A stretch of 63,144 bases of DNA, filler included. It is 7 parts of 7 records of this genome, joined end to end, with 100 filler letters (N's around TTAATTAATTAA, not from the genome) between each part and the next. Parts side by side here need not be neighbours in the genome. Positions count along the whole stretch, not along the records: positions 30,233 to 39,477 come from SRR31156797_7993; positions 39,578 to 46,648 come from SRR31156797_7998; 5 more parts are not named here. One strand, given 5' to 3'. How positions within the stretch are numbered: the stretch's first letter is position 1; the number at the start of each line of letters is the position of its first letter. The notes below the pieces were generated by a model. That model did no database searches, was not told the origin of the DNA, and saw nothing but the letters and a program-made list of their open reading frames with translations. The translations under genes were made by a program, and so were the position numbers. Shown here one piece after another: positions 35,992 to 46,498 of this stretch.

Positions 35992-36432
35992 ATGTACTCA
36001 ATTTTATTACATACTCATAATGGATTTCGCTGGATTGTATTACTAACTCTGGTGATAGCTTTTGTACTTGCAACTTCTGGCTGGTTCAGAAAAAAAGGTT
36101 ACAAAAAGTCCAACAGGATTATAAACCTGCTACTGCTAATATTTACCGACCTTCAGTTTTTAACCGGATTAATTCTCTACGTTTTTGTAAGCCCTGTTAC
36201 CAAAGTAGCATTTAATGATTTTGGAACTACCATGAAAGATTCAGAACTTAGGTTTTATGCAGTTGAACACTTTCTGTTAATGACACTTGCCATAGTTTTT
36301 ATCCATATTGGTTATGCCAAAACAAAAAAATTTATTGAAGGATGGGAAAAAAACAAAGCAGTTAGTGTCTTCTTTGGTACTGCATTGCTTCTAATTTTAC
36401 TGGCTATTCCCTGGAACAGAGCATTCTTTTAA
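35992..36432 (+). CDS. Four-TM membrane protein (Bacteroidota 'cytochrome B'-like)
   Basis: H-x-x-x-RW, QFLTGLILY, RFYAVEH and IPW motifs; ATG 35992 preferred over 35848. Confidence 0.7.
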   Translation: MYSILLHTHNGFRWIVLLTLVIAFVLATSGWFRKKGYKKSNRIINLLLLIFTDLQFLTGLILYVFVSPVTKVAFNDFGTTMKDSELRFYAVEHFLLMTLAIVFIHIGYAKTKKFIEGWEKNKAVSVFFGTALLLILLAIPWNRAFF

Positions 36433-36544
36433 TATTTTAAATTATCATATTGCAGCCTTCTTAACAAAAATGTAGGCCTAAATTTACATTTAAAAACATT
36501 ATATAAACGGAGAATAACTATATTAGTCCTTGGTTATTCAGAGA

Positions 36545-38581
36545 ATGCTTATGATAAATCCTACAACGCAAAAAATTATATATTTAAGCATCTGTTTCAT
36601 GCTTTTATATGGCTCAAAAGTCAATGGGCAATCTTCACAAATAAAAAACGACAGTTTACAAATAGCACTGATTCGGGCTACAACTGATTCGGCCAGGTTG
36701 GATATACTAATAAAGCTTGGGAATACTAACGATTACTCCAACAGAGAGCTTTCCAACCAATACTACCGACAAGCACTTAATCTGGACATTTCTAAAACAA
36801 AAAGAGCTCAAATATTAAATTTTATTGGGTATAACCACTGGCAACTTGGAAATTTTGAAGAAGCAATATCTTATTATCAAAAAGCACTGCACCACTTTAT
36901 TGCACTTAAGGACAGTACCTATCTTGGAATATTGTACAATAACATTGCGGTTTCGCATTGGGGCATGGGACAAGACATTGAAGCACTGGAAAACTATCAA
37001 AACAGCCTCAGAATAAGAAGTTCTGTTAGAGATACTAATGGTGTTTCCAAAGTGCTGAATAATATTGGTAAATTGTACCAGGAACTAAAACTTTACGACG
37101 ATGCTTTTACGATGCACAAGAGAGCACTTCGTTTAGCCCAACAACAAAATCACATAAGCAATATTGCTTATTCCTATTCTACTATTGGAGATTGTTATAT
37201 TTATTATGAAGAGCTTGATTCTGCACTTTATTATTACCAGCACGGTCTTCAAATACTTCGCGACCATTATAAAGAGTACCGTTTAAACTCGTATTTCGCA
37301 GAAAGAATAGGCAAGGTGTATTTCGAAAAGAATATACTTGACTCAGCATTGTATTATAGCCGACTGAGCATTAAATATGCAATCGATATCTCGAACCAGA
37401 ACAGTATTGCTATGGGAGAGTATTATTTGGGAAAGACCTTTTTGGAGTTAAACCAACCAGATTCTGCCAGATATTACCTGAACAGAAGTTATGATAAAGC
37501 AACGGATAAAGGGTATGCAGTTTTAATGAAAGACATACTTTTTACTTATGCCCGTATCGAAGAGAAGAATGGTACAATAGCCAAAGCCTATGAATACCAT
37601 AAAAAAGCAACAGCTTTAAATGATAGCATCTTCAACAAAGATGTAGTTACAAAGATTGCCGAGCTCCAATTAAAATTTTTAACAGCCAGGCAACAACAGG
37701 AGAATCTTATTTTAAGGAAAAACAATGAAATTCAACAAGTTGTTATAAAACAGCAACGATCATTAACTTATGCTGTTCTGGCAATCGTTTTTTTCATTTT
37801 GGTAGCACTGTTTTTTCTAAATAAAAACAGAAAAAGAGTGAAACGACTAAACCTTCAACTAGAGAAATCGAAACAGAAACTCCAGCTTGCTAATTCCGAA
37901 AAAGATAAGTTTTTCACCATTTTAGCCCATGACTTAAAAAGTCCGTTAAACGGGATTGTTGGAGTAGCCAGTTTCCTTAGTACTGATTTCGACAAGCTTC
38001 CTCCGGACAAAACCAAGGAACTTATTGTAGTTTTAAAGAAAACGTCGGATAATCTTTACGAATTATTGGAAGGATTGCTACAATGGTCAAAAATCCAAAT
38101 AGGTTCTGCTGATTATAATTTCGGGAAACTAAATTTATACGAACTTAGTACAAGAATCATTCATCAACTCGACACTCCCGCAAAAGAAAAACAAATATCA
38201 CTAATCAATTCTTTAAACACAGATGCTGTAGTTTATGCCGACAAAGAATCAGTTAATGTTATTCTTCGTAACCTGGTAACTAATGCGATTAAGTTTACAC
38301 CACAAAATGGAGAAGTAAGATTAGATTGCAAAAAGAACGGATCTAAATTAGCAATATCGGTAACTGATAATGGAGTTGGGATACCTAAAAAACAGCTGGA
38401 AAAACTGTTTCTATTGGGTGAAAAAATATCAACTCCGGGAACAAATAATGAAAAAGGAACTGGTCTTGGACTAATCCTCTGCAAAGAACTGATTGAAAAG
38501 AACAATGGTAAGATCGGGGTAGAAAGTGAGGAAGGCAAAGGAAGTAGGTTCTATTTCAATTTACCCACAGATTTCAGCTAA
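36545..38581 (+). CDS. TPR-repeat membrane sensor histidine kinase
   Basis: Signal peptide, TPR repeats, TM helix, AHDLKSP, NLVTNAIKFT, DNGVG, GTGLGL. Confidence 0.92.
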   Translation: MLMINPTTQKIIYLSICFMLLYGSKVNGQSSQIKNDSLQIALIRATTDSARLDILIKLGNTNDYSNRELSNQYYRQALNLDISKTKRAQILNFIGYNHWQLGNFEEAISYYQKALHHFIALKDSTYLGILYNNIAVSHWGMGQDIEALENYQNSLRIRSSVRDTNGVSKVLNNIGKLYQELKLYDDAFTMHKRALRLAQQQNHISNIAYSYSTIGDCYIYYEELDSALYYYQHGLQILRDHYKEYRLNSYFAERIGKVYFEKNILDSALYYSRLSIKYAIDISNQNSIAMGEYYLGKTFLELNQPDSARYYLNRSYDKATDKGYAVLMKDILFTYARIEEKNGTIAKAYEYHKKATALNDSIFNKDVVTKIAELQLKFLTARQQQENLILRKNNEIQQVVIKQQRSLTYAVLAIVFFILVALFFLNKNRKRVKRLNLQLEKSKQKLQLANSEKDKFFTILAHDLKSPLNGIVGVASFLSTDFDKLPPDKTKELIVVLKKTSDNLYELLEGLLQWSKIQIGSADYNFGKLNLYELSTRIIHQLDTPAKEKQISLINSLNTDAVVYADKESVNVILRNLVTNAIKFTPQNGEVRLDCKKNGSKLAISVTDNGVGIPKKQLEKLFLLGEKISTPGTNNEKGTGLGLILCKELIEKNNGKIGVESEEGKGSRFYFNLPTDFS

Positions 38582-38663
38582 AAAAAGGCCGCAAAATATT
38601 TTGCGACCTTTTATAAGTTTGGTTCAGCTGGTGCATACTGCACCTGTTTCGTTTTGGCCGGAA

Positions 38664-39476
38664 CTATTTACTTCCAACCGAATAGATATCGTTAATAAGC
38701 TGCTGATATTTAACAGCAACCACATTTCTTCTTAATTTCAAAGTAGGTGACAATTCTCCTGTTCCGGGAGTCCATTCTTCGTGTACTAACCTGATGCGAC
38801 TAATCTGTTCATGTGATCCCAGCGTTTTATTAACGAAAGCTACTTCTTTCTGAATTTTGTTGATCACTTCGGGCAATTCAATTAACTCCTGATTATTTTC
38901 ATAATGAAGTTTATTCTCAGCAGCCCAATCGTGTAAAATCGGGAAGCATGGAGAAATAATAGCACTGGCAAATTTTTCGTTGGAACCAATCACCATAACC
39001 TGCTCAATAAGATCAGATGTTTTAAGTTTATTCTCTATCATTTGAGGAGCAATGTATTTTCCACCCGAAAGTTTAAAGATTTCTTTCTTGCGATCGGTAA
39101 TTTTAAGGTATTTATCGTCCACCAATACACCAATATCTCCCGTATGAAACCAGCCATTCCGATCAATTACCTCATAGGTTAGTTCAGGTGCTTTGTAGTA
39201 TCCCATCATCACTCCAGGGCCTTTACAAAGGATTTCACCATCCGATGCAAATTTCACCTCGTAACGATCAAGTATTGGGCCAACAGTTCCAATCAACACC
39301 TCGTTGGTAAGAGGATTGCTAACGGCAATAACCGGAGATGTTTCGGTTAAACCATACCCTTCAAGGGTAGGTATTTTGGCCATCCCCAAAACACGACTTA
39401 TTCGGGGCTGCAAAGCTGCTCCTCCGGAAACCACATATTTAATATTTCCACCAAGTGCTTCGCGCCATTTCGAATA
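38664..39476 (-). CDS. Long-chain fatty acid-CoA ligase, 5' truncated
   Basis: SGGAAL, EGYGLTETSP, GWFHTGDIG, ITDRKKE, PTLKLRR. Confidence 0.93.
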   Translation of the reverse strand, partial: YSKWREALGGNIKYVVSGGAALQPRISRVLGMAKIPTLEGYGLTETSPVIAVSNPLTNEVLIGTVGPILDRYEVKFASDGEILCKGPGVMMGYYKAPELTYEVIDRNGWFHTGDIGVLVDDKYLKITDRKKEIFKLSGGKYIAPQMIENKLKTSDLIEQVMVIGSNEKFASAIISPCFPILHDWAAENKLHYENNQELIELPEVINKIQKEVAFVNKTLGSHEQISRIRLVHEEWTPGTGELSPTLKLRRNVVAVKYQQLINDIYSVGSK

Positions 39477-39477
39477 A

Positions 39478-39577
39478 NNNNNNNNNNNNNNNNNNNNNNN
39501 NNNNNNNNNNNNNNNNNNNNNTTAATTAATTAANNNNNNNNNNNNNNNNNNNNNNNNNNNNNNNNNNNNNNNNNNNN
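39478..39577. other. Artificial contig spacer
   Basis: 44 N + TTAATTAATTAA + 44 N. Confidence 0.99.
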
Positions 39578-39823
39578 GATTTCTAAATTAAAAAAACTCG
39601 ATGATGCAAAGTATTTTAATCCTTTTAATAGACTTTACAGCGCATCATCTCAAACAATTTTTAATTTGCCTTTGGCCGAAATCTTCAAGTAGAAGGTACC
39701 CGCTTAAAATACTCATGCCATCAAGTATTAAAAGCTTTAGAAAATTATCATTGGATTCTTAGATTTTATTAATCAAATTTCAATCAATATGTGGAAGTAA
39801 ATAATTTTGTTTTAAAAATACAT

Positions 39824-42364
39824 TTGAAAAAAAACATTCTAAATATTGTCAGCAAGATAAGTACAGTCTCCAATAAGAAAACTTCATTTTTGAGGCTTGC
39901 GAAGCCTGAAAAATGTGATTTTACTTGCGTAAATGATCATTTTGAGGGCAAGCGTAACGAGAAAAATGGAGTTTTCTTGCGGAGACTAAATAGATCAAAA
40001 CTGCGCATCAGTTTCATACTGTTCCTGGCATTATTGACTTTCATATTTTTATATCGTCTACTAAATTGGTTGGAATACCCGACGAGCTATTCCCAGTTAA
40101 TATTTAGTGAAGATGGCCAATTACTCAATGCTTCGTTGGCTGAGGATGAGCAATGGCGATTCTATCCGGATGTTCCGGTTCCCGAAAAACTGAAAGCAGC
40201 TATAATTACATTTGAAGATAAGCGTTTTTATAAGCATTTGGGTGTTGACAGGTGGGCTATATTGCGAGCTATTTGGCAAAATGTATCACAAATGAGAAAA
40301 GTGAGTGGGGCCAGTACTATCACCATGCAGTTGGCGCGCCTCGGAAGATCAAATGCTTCGCGCTCTATCCCCGAAAAGTTATTTGAAATATTGATCGCCT
40401 ATAGATTAGAAATTGCTTATTCAAAAGATGAAATATTACAATTGTGGGCTGCCAGGGCACCGTTTGGTAGTAATGTGGTAGGATTTGAAGCCGCTTCGTT
40501 TCGATATTTTGGTCGTAATCCCAATGATTTAAGTTGGGCTGAAGCTGCATTGCTGGCTGTATTGCCCAATTCTCCAGCCCTGATATTTCCCGGGCGTAAT
40601 CATGAGTTGCTTTTGGCTAAAAGAAATCGACTATTAAAAAAGTTGATGGAAGAAGACTATATTGATGAACTGACATATGAACTTTCATTGGATGAGGAAC
40701 TTCCCAATCGGTTTTATCCCATGCCCAAAAAGCTTCCGCACCTATCTCAGCATGTTGAAAAGTTAATGGGAGAAAAAGAGAGTAACAGGTATACAGTTAC
40801 AATTGATCCACAATTGCAACAAAAACTGGTGAATATTGCTACCATGTATCAAAAGCGTTATCGCAGACAGAATGTACGAAATATTGCCCTTATTGTTGCC
40901 GAGACTGAAACTGGCAAAGTGATTGGTTATGTGGGTAATGCAGGTGATGAAACTACTCCTGGTGTTCAGGTTGATGTAATTCAAAGTTTGCGCAGTACCG
41001 GATCATTACTTAAGCCATTCTTATATGGAGCAGCATTGTCAGAAGGATTGATTGCCCCAAATGAATTAATACCTGATTTACCTGTGAATTATGCCGGATA
41101 TAGTCCAAAGAACTACAGCAATGAGTATTTCGGTGCGGTTAAGGCATCAGAAGCATTGTCGCGGTCGTTGAACATTCCTATGGTCAGGTTGCTTCGTAAA
41201 TTTGGTGTAGATCGCTTTCATCGTAGATTGAGAGAAATAGGTTTTCTTTCACTTAAGAAAAATCCTGGTCATTACGGATTATCGTTGATATTAGGAGGGG
41301 CAGATGCTACACTTTTTGAATTGACCGGGATGTATGCCGCCATGGGAAGGGTATTGATTGATTACCCACGAATATCAGGTCAATATCATGCTGATAACTA
41401 CCGAAGTCTGAATTTTGGTAACTATAATCAAAAGGATGATGTGTATAACGAACCGCCATTAACTGCAGCTGCTGTATGGTTTACTTTTGAAGCCATGCGA
41501 CAATTGAAACGTCCGGTAGGTGAAGGGCAGTGGCAACTTTATACATCCTCCAGACCCATTGCCTGGAAAACTGGAACGAGTTATGGTTTTCGTGATGCCT
41601 GGGCCATCGGTTTAGATCCAAAATATACCGTAGGAATTTGGGTAGGTAATGCCAATGGAGAGCCCCGCGATGGGTTGGTGGGTGTGCACAAAGCGGGTCC
41701 GGTACTATTTGATATTTTCAGAATATTGCCCGAAGCTGATGGTTGGTTTCCAAAACCTTGGGATGACTTAGATACAATAGAGATTTGCAAATTAAGTGGT
41801 AAACCTGCAAGCGAATATTGCACTCATACTGAGCAGAAATATTTGCCTGTCCATTCTGATAGATCAGGTGTGTGTGTCTATTGTGAACCTGTTTTAGTCA
41901 ATGAAAACTTGAGCGAACGATTCTATCAACAGTGTGTCACAGGTAAAGTTAAAGATACAAGTTGGTTTGTGTTGCCTGCGGGTATGGAATGGTTTTATAA
42001 ACGTAAAAACAGCGCATACAAATCATTGCCTCCTCTATCAAGTGAATGTAGTCAACTGAGTGACAAAATAAATCCAATACAATTTATCTATCCTCATGCA
42101 GGATCGAGCCTGGTTTTACCCATTGATTTGTCGGGTGAGCAAAACGAGGTAGTCTTTCAAGCGGTACACAGATATAGTCATTTACCGCTATTTTGGTATT
42201 TAGATAAAACTTTTTTAACCACAACTGAAAATTATCACGAAATAGGCATTATCCCTCAAAAGGGTTGGCATACCTTACTTGTAGAAGATATTTATGGTAA
42301 CAGAAAGTCTATTCGTTTCCAAATTTTAGAAAAAAATGCAAAAAAACGCAGCACTTTAAATTAA
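39824..42364 (+). CDS. pbpC: Penicillin-binding protein 1C (start uncertain: GTG 39791, TTG 39824 or a later TTG)
   Basis: EDKRFYKHLGVD and GASTITMQLAR (transglycosylase); GSLLKP, SLN, KTGT (transpeptidase); PBP1C-type C-terminal domain. Confidence 0.92.
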   Translation: MKKNILNIVSKISTVSNKKTSFLRLAKPEKCDFTCVNDHFEGKRNEKNGVFLRRLNRSKLRISFILFLALLTFIFLYRLLNWLEYPTSYSQLIFSEDGQLLNASLAEDEQWRFYPDVPVPEKLKAAIITFEDKRFYKHLGVDRWAILRAIWQNVSQMRKVSGASTITMQLARLGRSNASRSIPEKLFEILIAYRLEIAYSKDEILQLWAARAPFGSNVVGFEAASFRYFGRNPNDLSWAEAALLAVLPNSPALIFPGRNHELLLAKRNRLLKKLMEEDYIDELTYELSLDEELPNRFYPMPKKLPHLSQHVEKLMGEKESNRYTVTIDPQLQQKLVNIATMYQKRYRRQNVRNIALIVAETETGKVIGYVGNAGDETTPGVQVDVIQSLRSTGSLLKPFLYGAALSEGLIAPNELIPDLPVNYAGYSPKNYSNEYFGAVKASEALSRSLNIPMVRLLRKFGVDRFHRRLREIGFLSLKKNPGHYGLSLILGGADATLFELTGMYAAMGRVLIDYPRISGQYHADNYRSLNFGNYNQKDDVYNEPPLTAAAVWFTFEAMRQLKRPVGEGQWQLYTSSRPIAWKTGTSYGFRDAWAIGLDPKYTVGIWVGNANGEPRDGLVGVHKAGPVLFDIFRILPEADGWFPKPWDDLDTIEICKLSGKPASEYCTHTEQKYLPVHSDRSGVCVYCEPVLVNENLSERFYQQCVTGKVKDTSWFVLPAGMEWFYKRKNSAYKSLPPLSSECSQLSDKINPIQFIYPHAGSSLVLPIDLSGEQNEVVFQAVHRYSHLPLFWYLDKTFLTTTENYHEIGIIPQKGWHTLLVEDIYGNRKSIRFQILEKNAKKRSTLN
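39865..39987. mobile_element. 123-bp palindromic MITE/RPE-like element in the 5' end of pbpC
   Basis: Terminal inverted repeats AGTCTCCAATAAGAAAACTTCATTTTT and AAAAATGGAGTTTTCTTGCGGAGACT; internal hairpin AGGCTT-GCG-AAGCCT. Confidence 0.72.
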
Positions 42365-42400
42365 CTTACGTCATACTAACAGAAAAGACATCCAGAAACC

Positions 42401-42955
42401 GTGAAAAGTAGTCAAACAGACATCCATTACAAGCTGGTAAAGCAATGTAAAAAGGGCAACAGGAAGGCGCAATTTGAGCTCTACCAATTGTTTTACAAGC
42501 AAATGTACAACGCGAGTTTGCGCATTGTACAAGACACGCAGGAAGCGGAGGATATTATGCAGGAATCTTTTCTGACGGCCTTTGAAAAATTAGATACTTA
42601 TCGGGGTGAAGTGCCCATCGGAGCATGGCTCAGAAGAATTGCTGTAAACCGTTCTTTAGATGCACTTCGCAAAAGAAAAGTTGATTTTGAAACGCCCGAC
42701 GAAATTAAAGATGTACCGGAGGAGACTGAAGAATTTGATGCAGAACTTTCGGTAGCTCAAGTAAAGGAATGCATGATGGAACTTCCTGATAACGCACGGA
42801 CCATCTTGTCGCTTTATTTGCTGGAGGGATACGATCACGAAGAGATTAGTCAGATTATGAACATCACTAATTCAACAGCACGATCGCAATATGCCAGAGC
42901 AAGAAAGAAGCTTCAGGATAAGATTAGAGAGAAAATTGAAATGACACAAATTTGA
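42401..42955 (+). CDS. ECF sigma-70 factor
   Basis: AEDIMQESFLTAF...WLRRIAVN; LEGYDHEEISQIM...ARSQYARAR. Confidence 0.93.
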   Translation: MKSSQTDIHYKLVKQCKKGNRKAQFELYQLFYKQMYNASLRIVQDTQEAEDIMQESFLTAFEKLDTYRGEVPIGAWLRRIAVNRSLDALRKRKVDFETPDEIKDVPEETEEFDAELSVAQVKECMMELPDNARTILSLYLLEGYDHEEISQIMNITNSTARSQYARARKKLQDKIREKIEMTQI

Positions 42956-42970
42956 GTTAAAAATATAGAG

Positions 42971-43525
42971 ATGAATAATTTAGAGAATTTTATACGAAAC
43001 AATAAAGCAGCATTTGATGCTGAAGAGCCCTCTGCAGGACACATGGAGCGCTTTGAGCAAATGCTACCAAAGTCTAAGGTGAGAACCTTAAGCTATGTGA
43101 AATACGCTGCCGCCGCCGCAATGATCACATTGATGATGACGCTGTCAGGACTTTATATCTATGATAATTGGAGCGGTGGTGACCAGACATTACCAACATT
43201 AGCCGATGCCGGTCCCAAATACGCTGAAGCTGAAGCTTATTTCGTGTCCACTATTAACCAGCAACAGCAGACCATCAACAGCCTAAAAAGTGAAGAACTT
43301 TTAAAAGATGTTGATCTGGAACAAGACTTAAAAGCCATGGATGCTTTATACAAAAAACTCCAGAAAGATTTGAATACAAATCCCGATGATCCACGAGTTA
43401 TTAATGCCATGATTAAGCATTACCAAACCAGGATTGCCGTGATGAACCAAATCGTGAAACAATTAGAAGAAGCAAAGAAAATTAAGAATAATAAATCCCA
43501 TAACCATGAAAAAGTATCTTTATAA
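42971..43525 (+). CDS. Putative transmembrane anti-sigma factor
   Basis: LENFI...EPSAGHMERF N-terminus, one TM helix, helical C-terminus; directly after the ECF gene. Confidence 0.7.
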   Translation: MNNLENFIRNNKAAFDAEEPSAGHMERFEQMLPKSKVRTLSYVKYAAAAAMITLMMTLSGLYIYDNWSGGDQTLPTLADAGPKYAEAEAYFVSTINQQQQTINSLKSEELLKDVDLEQDLKAMDALYKKLQKDLNTNPDDPRVINAMIKHYQTRIAVMNQIVKQLEEAKKIKNNKSHNHEKVSL

Positions 43526-44534
43526 AATCGCATTATTGTCAGTAGCTGTAATGTTTACATTTGCTGCACAAGCTGAGAACCTTAACAAGAAGGAGAATAA
43601 GACCTTCAATGTTAAAAAAGGAGACAACTTAATAGTAGACACCAGATTTAGCGATGTAACCATAGTAAATCATAAAGCTGATGTTATTGAAATTACAGCT
43701 ACAATTGATGTTGACGGAGACAGCAGGAAACAAAAAGAAATGTTGGAAAAAATTCAGATTATCCTGAAAAAAGAAGGAAATGATGTAATTGCCAAAGTAG
43801 AATTTCCTAAAACAAGTAAACTGAAAGATATCGACATTAAATTCAATATTAAAACCCCTTCATACATCAACCTTAAAGCAGATGTGGCATTTGGTAACAT
43901 GTTTATCGAAAATATTGAAGGAACAACAAATTTAGATTTAAGCTATAGTACGCTTAGAGCTGATGTGTTGGCCTCTGAAGACAATGAATTAGAGTTTGCA
44001 TTTATGGACGATGTAAAAATAGCATATGTTAACCAGGCTTTGATAGATTTTTCATACTCAGAAGTTGAAATAAAAAAAGCAACCATGCTAAAAGGTAAAT
44101 CTTCATTCTCAGAAATAGGAATTGGTGAAGTTGATAAAGTAAACCTTAGTGTAACCAAGTATGACGAGTGGGATATTGAAAAAGTAGGATCTTTTACAGC
44201 CACAAGTCGTTTTAGCGAGTTAGACTTTGGTTTCCTGGCCAGCACTTTAGTTTTAGACATCAATTATGGTGAATTAGATGTGGACCGTACAAGTAAAGAT
44301 TTTGAATTGATTGATATCGACTCAAGTTTCGGCGAATGTGACTTGAATATTGAGTCGGGAGCATCTTACACTATTGAGGCTGAAGCAAGTTTTGCAGATG
44401 TAGATTTCGATTCAGGTAACTTTAAAGGAAACCGTCACAAGAAAAATACTTCATTGGAAATAAGTGGTACCGTAGGTACTTCGCCAAAAGGAAAAGTGAA
44501 AATCGATACATCTTACGGAGATGTTGACCTATAA
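43506..44534 (+). CDS. Secreted beta-strand repeat protein (DUF4097/adhesin-like)
   Basis: Signal peptide; repeating SFS/SYG/SFG-type beta motifs; third gene of the ECF operon. Confidence 0.7.
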   Translation: MKKYLYKIALLSVAVMFTFAAQAENLNKKENKTFNVKKGDNLIVDTRFSDVTIVNHKADVIEITATIDVDGDSRKQKEMLEKIQIILKKEGNDVIAKVEFPKTSKLKDIDIKFNIKTPSYINLKADVAFGNMFIENIEGTTNLDLSYSTLRADVLASEDNELEFAFMDDVKIAYVNQALIDFSYSEVEIKKATMLKGKSSFSEIGIGEVDKVNLSVTKYDEWDIEKVGSFTATSRFSELDFGFLASTLVLDINYGELDVDRTSKDFELIDIDSSFGECDLNIESGASYTIEAEASFADVDFDSGNFKGNRHKKNTSLEISGTVGTSPKGKVKIDTSYGDVDL

Positions 44535-44558
44535 TAAAACCCTATCCTTATAAACCCT

Positions 44559-44590
44559 AAGCGACTCACATTTGTGGGTCGCTTTTTTTT
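44559..44590 (+). terminator. Intrinsic terminator
   Basis: AAGCGACTCACA / TGTGGGTCGCTT stem followed by a T-run. Confidence 0.85.
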
Positions 44591-44664
44591 GTTTTATGAA
44601 TTAATCTTTGTAATTTGTAATGTATATTTAAGTGTTTGTTAGTGTGTAGCTTAAAATATAATTT

Positions 44665-45138
44665 ATGAGAAAGTACCTGGCTTATTTATTGGTTATATTT
44701 TCATTCATTGCCTTTTCATGTAATGAAGATGAAGACCCAAATCAGTCATTAAACTATGAATTGCTGGATTGGACAGAATGTTCGCATGCATTTAGCATTC
44801 AGGTTGGTGATGGCTTTATTATAAACGATACTGCGGAGTTTAATGCATTGATTGATTCAATTGCTTATACGAATTGTATAAATTATGATTATCCTGAAAT
44901 TGATTTCGAGAACTTTACTTTGCTGGGGTTATTTACAGCAGGAGGTGGTTGTGAAGCAACTTTCAATCGTTCTTTTACGAGAAACGATAATAGTGAAAAC
45001 TATAAATACACAGTGGATGTGACTTATACGGGATTTTGCGATATGCTTATTATGCATTCAAATTGGATTTTAGTTGATAAAATCAGCGATGAAGCCATTG
45101 TCACGTTTGAGTTAAACCAAACCAATGAGGACCAATAA
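44665..45138 (+). CDS. Hypothetical acidic lipoprotein
   Basis: Lipobox AFSC; PEIDF...GGGC motif; family not recognised with confidence. Confidence 0.75.
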   Translation: MRKYLAYLLVIFSFIAFSCNEDEDPNQSLNYELLDWTECSHAFSIQVGDGFIINDTAEFNALIDSIAYTNCINYDYPEIDFENFTLLGLFTAGGGCEATFNRSFTRNDNSENYKYTVDVTYTGFCDMLIMHSNWILVDKISDEAIVTFELNQTNEDQ

Positions 45139-45370
45139 CGAATTTTTGATTATTTTTTTTCAATCATAGTTTTAGAAATTACCTGACTTTTGAGGGGTAT
45201 TTCGTTTATTATATTAAAATCGATAGGATATGAAATAACTACCTGTTATGAATTCATATACAACAAATTTGAACATGTTTTCAAATGTTATTTTTCTGTG
45301 AAAACCTGCTTGTCTTGAATTAAATTGTATCGAATTTCGTTACTTTGACTATAACTAAAAACTGAATCCT

Positions 45371-46477
45371 ATGAAAAACAAAACCCTTTTATCATTATTG
45401 TTTATCTTTTTAATATCCTCATTCATAGTTATTTCATGTGAAGATAACAATGAGAATATAAATGAAACCGGTGATGCATTTCCTGACAAATTCAGAGTTG
45501 ATATTCCTTCCAATATTTCCAACACACAAAACATGAAATCAACGGAAGATGATACCATTTCAGGAAATGAAATGTATGAACATTTAACCAATTTTATTGC
45601 TATTGGTGATGCTGCAGCAGAGTTAGTGGAGGAAATTATGTTGGCCATTGGCGAATATAATTTAAGCCAGGAGATTAGTTTCACCTATACAGGTGATGAT
45701 GGTCGAGAAAAGTTTTTAGAAGTGGTTTCAGATGCAACTTTTGAAGATAAAACCTGGGCTTTCCAACTTACAGTAACTGATACGCAAAGTGAAGGTGAGC
45801 CTGATGGAGGAATTGCCATGCAGGTATTTTGGAATGCAAATCCTATAGATGGTATTGCCATACTAAAACCATACAATATTGACCGTGTAAATGACAGCGA
45901 GTTAGGAGAGGCCATGTATCGAATTGATTATAATGAGCTGGGAGCCAATGGATACGAAGCTGAAATGACTGTCTATATCTCAGATTTACCAATGCCTTCA
46001 CCTTTGGCTGATCCTTATGCGGTTGACAATTTGCAAATGTTTGCGGGCAAAAACGGCGATTATGTGGATGTGTATGGAAATTCAAATCATCCTAATGCAA
46101 AGTTTTATAACGATGATGTAGGTTTTGACTGGGCATTCGTAGCCAGTTGCGATGAATCTATTGATGTGGCAACTGCTGAGGTGGGGTTGTCGCCAAATAC
46201 GCTGAATGCTTCTGATAGAGAAACTTTACTTGTAACGCATTCAATCTACAATGTTTTTGAAGCGCAAATATTAGACATTTATCCAGGATTAGATCAGGCA
46301 ATTATTGATGCGTATTTATTTAATACACAGGCTCCAGCATATTTTGATACTAACGGGTTTGTCGTTGGAGGAACAGCACCTGACAATACATATGATCAGG
46401 TTGCCGATCGCATTCTTTCATTGGTTCCATATAATCCGTCGGAGATTAACGATTTGGCAATAGCGTTTAAACAATAG
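45371..46477 (+). CDS. Hypothetical acidic lipoprotein (368 aa)
   Basis: Lipobox VISC followed by an acidic stretch; long clean ORF. Confidence 0.8.
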   Translation: MKNKTLLSLLFIFLISSFIVISCEDNNENINETGDAFPDKFRVDIPSNISNTQNMKSTEDDTISGNEMYEHLTNFIAIGDAAAELVEEIMLAIGEYNLSQEISFTYTGDDGREKFLEVVSDATFEDKTWAFQLTVTDTQSEGEPDGGIAMQVFWNANPIDGIAILKPYNIDRVNDSELGEAMYRIDYNELGANGYEAEMTVYISDLPMPSPLADPYAVDNLQMFAGKNGDYVDVYGNSNHPNAKFYNDDVGFDWAFVASCDESIDVATAEVGLSPNTLNASDRETLLVTHSIYNVFEAQILDIYPGLDQAIIDAYLFNTQAPAYFDTNGFVVGGTAPDNTYDQVADRILSLVPYNPSEINDLAIAFKQ

Positions 46478-46498
46478 AAATATTATATACGGATAGTT

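Noticed and set aside
39578-39790. Sequence upstream of pbpC as the end of an alpha-2-macroglobulin gene or a pseudogene
   Set aside because: The short open frame ending near 39692 has no recognisable motif and the contig edge prevents any call, so the absence of the usual A2M partner cannot be judged.
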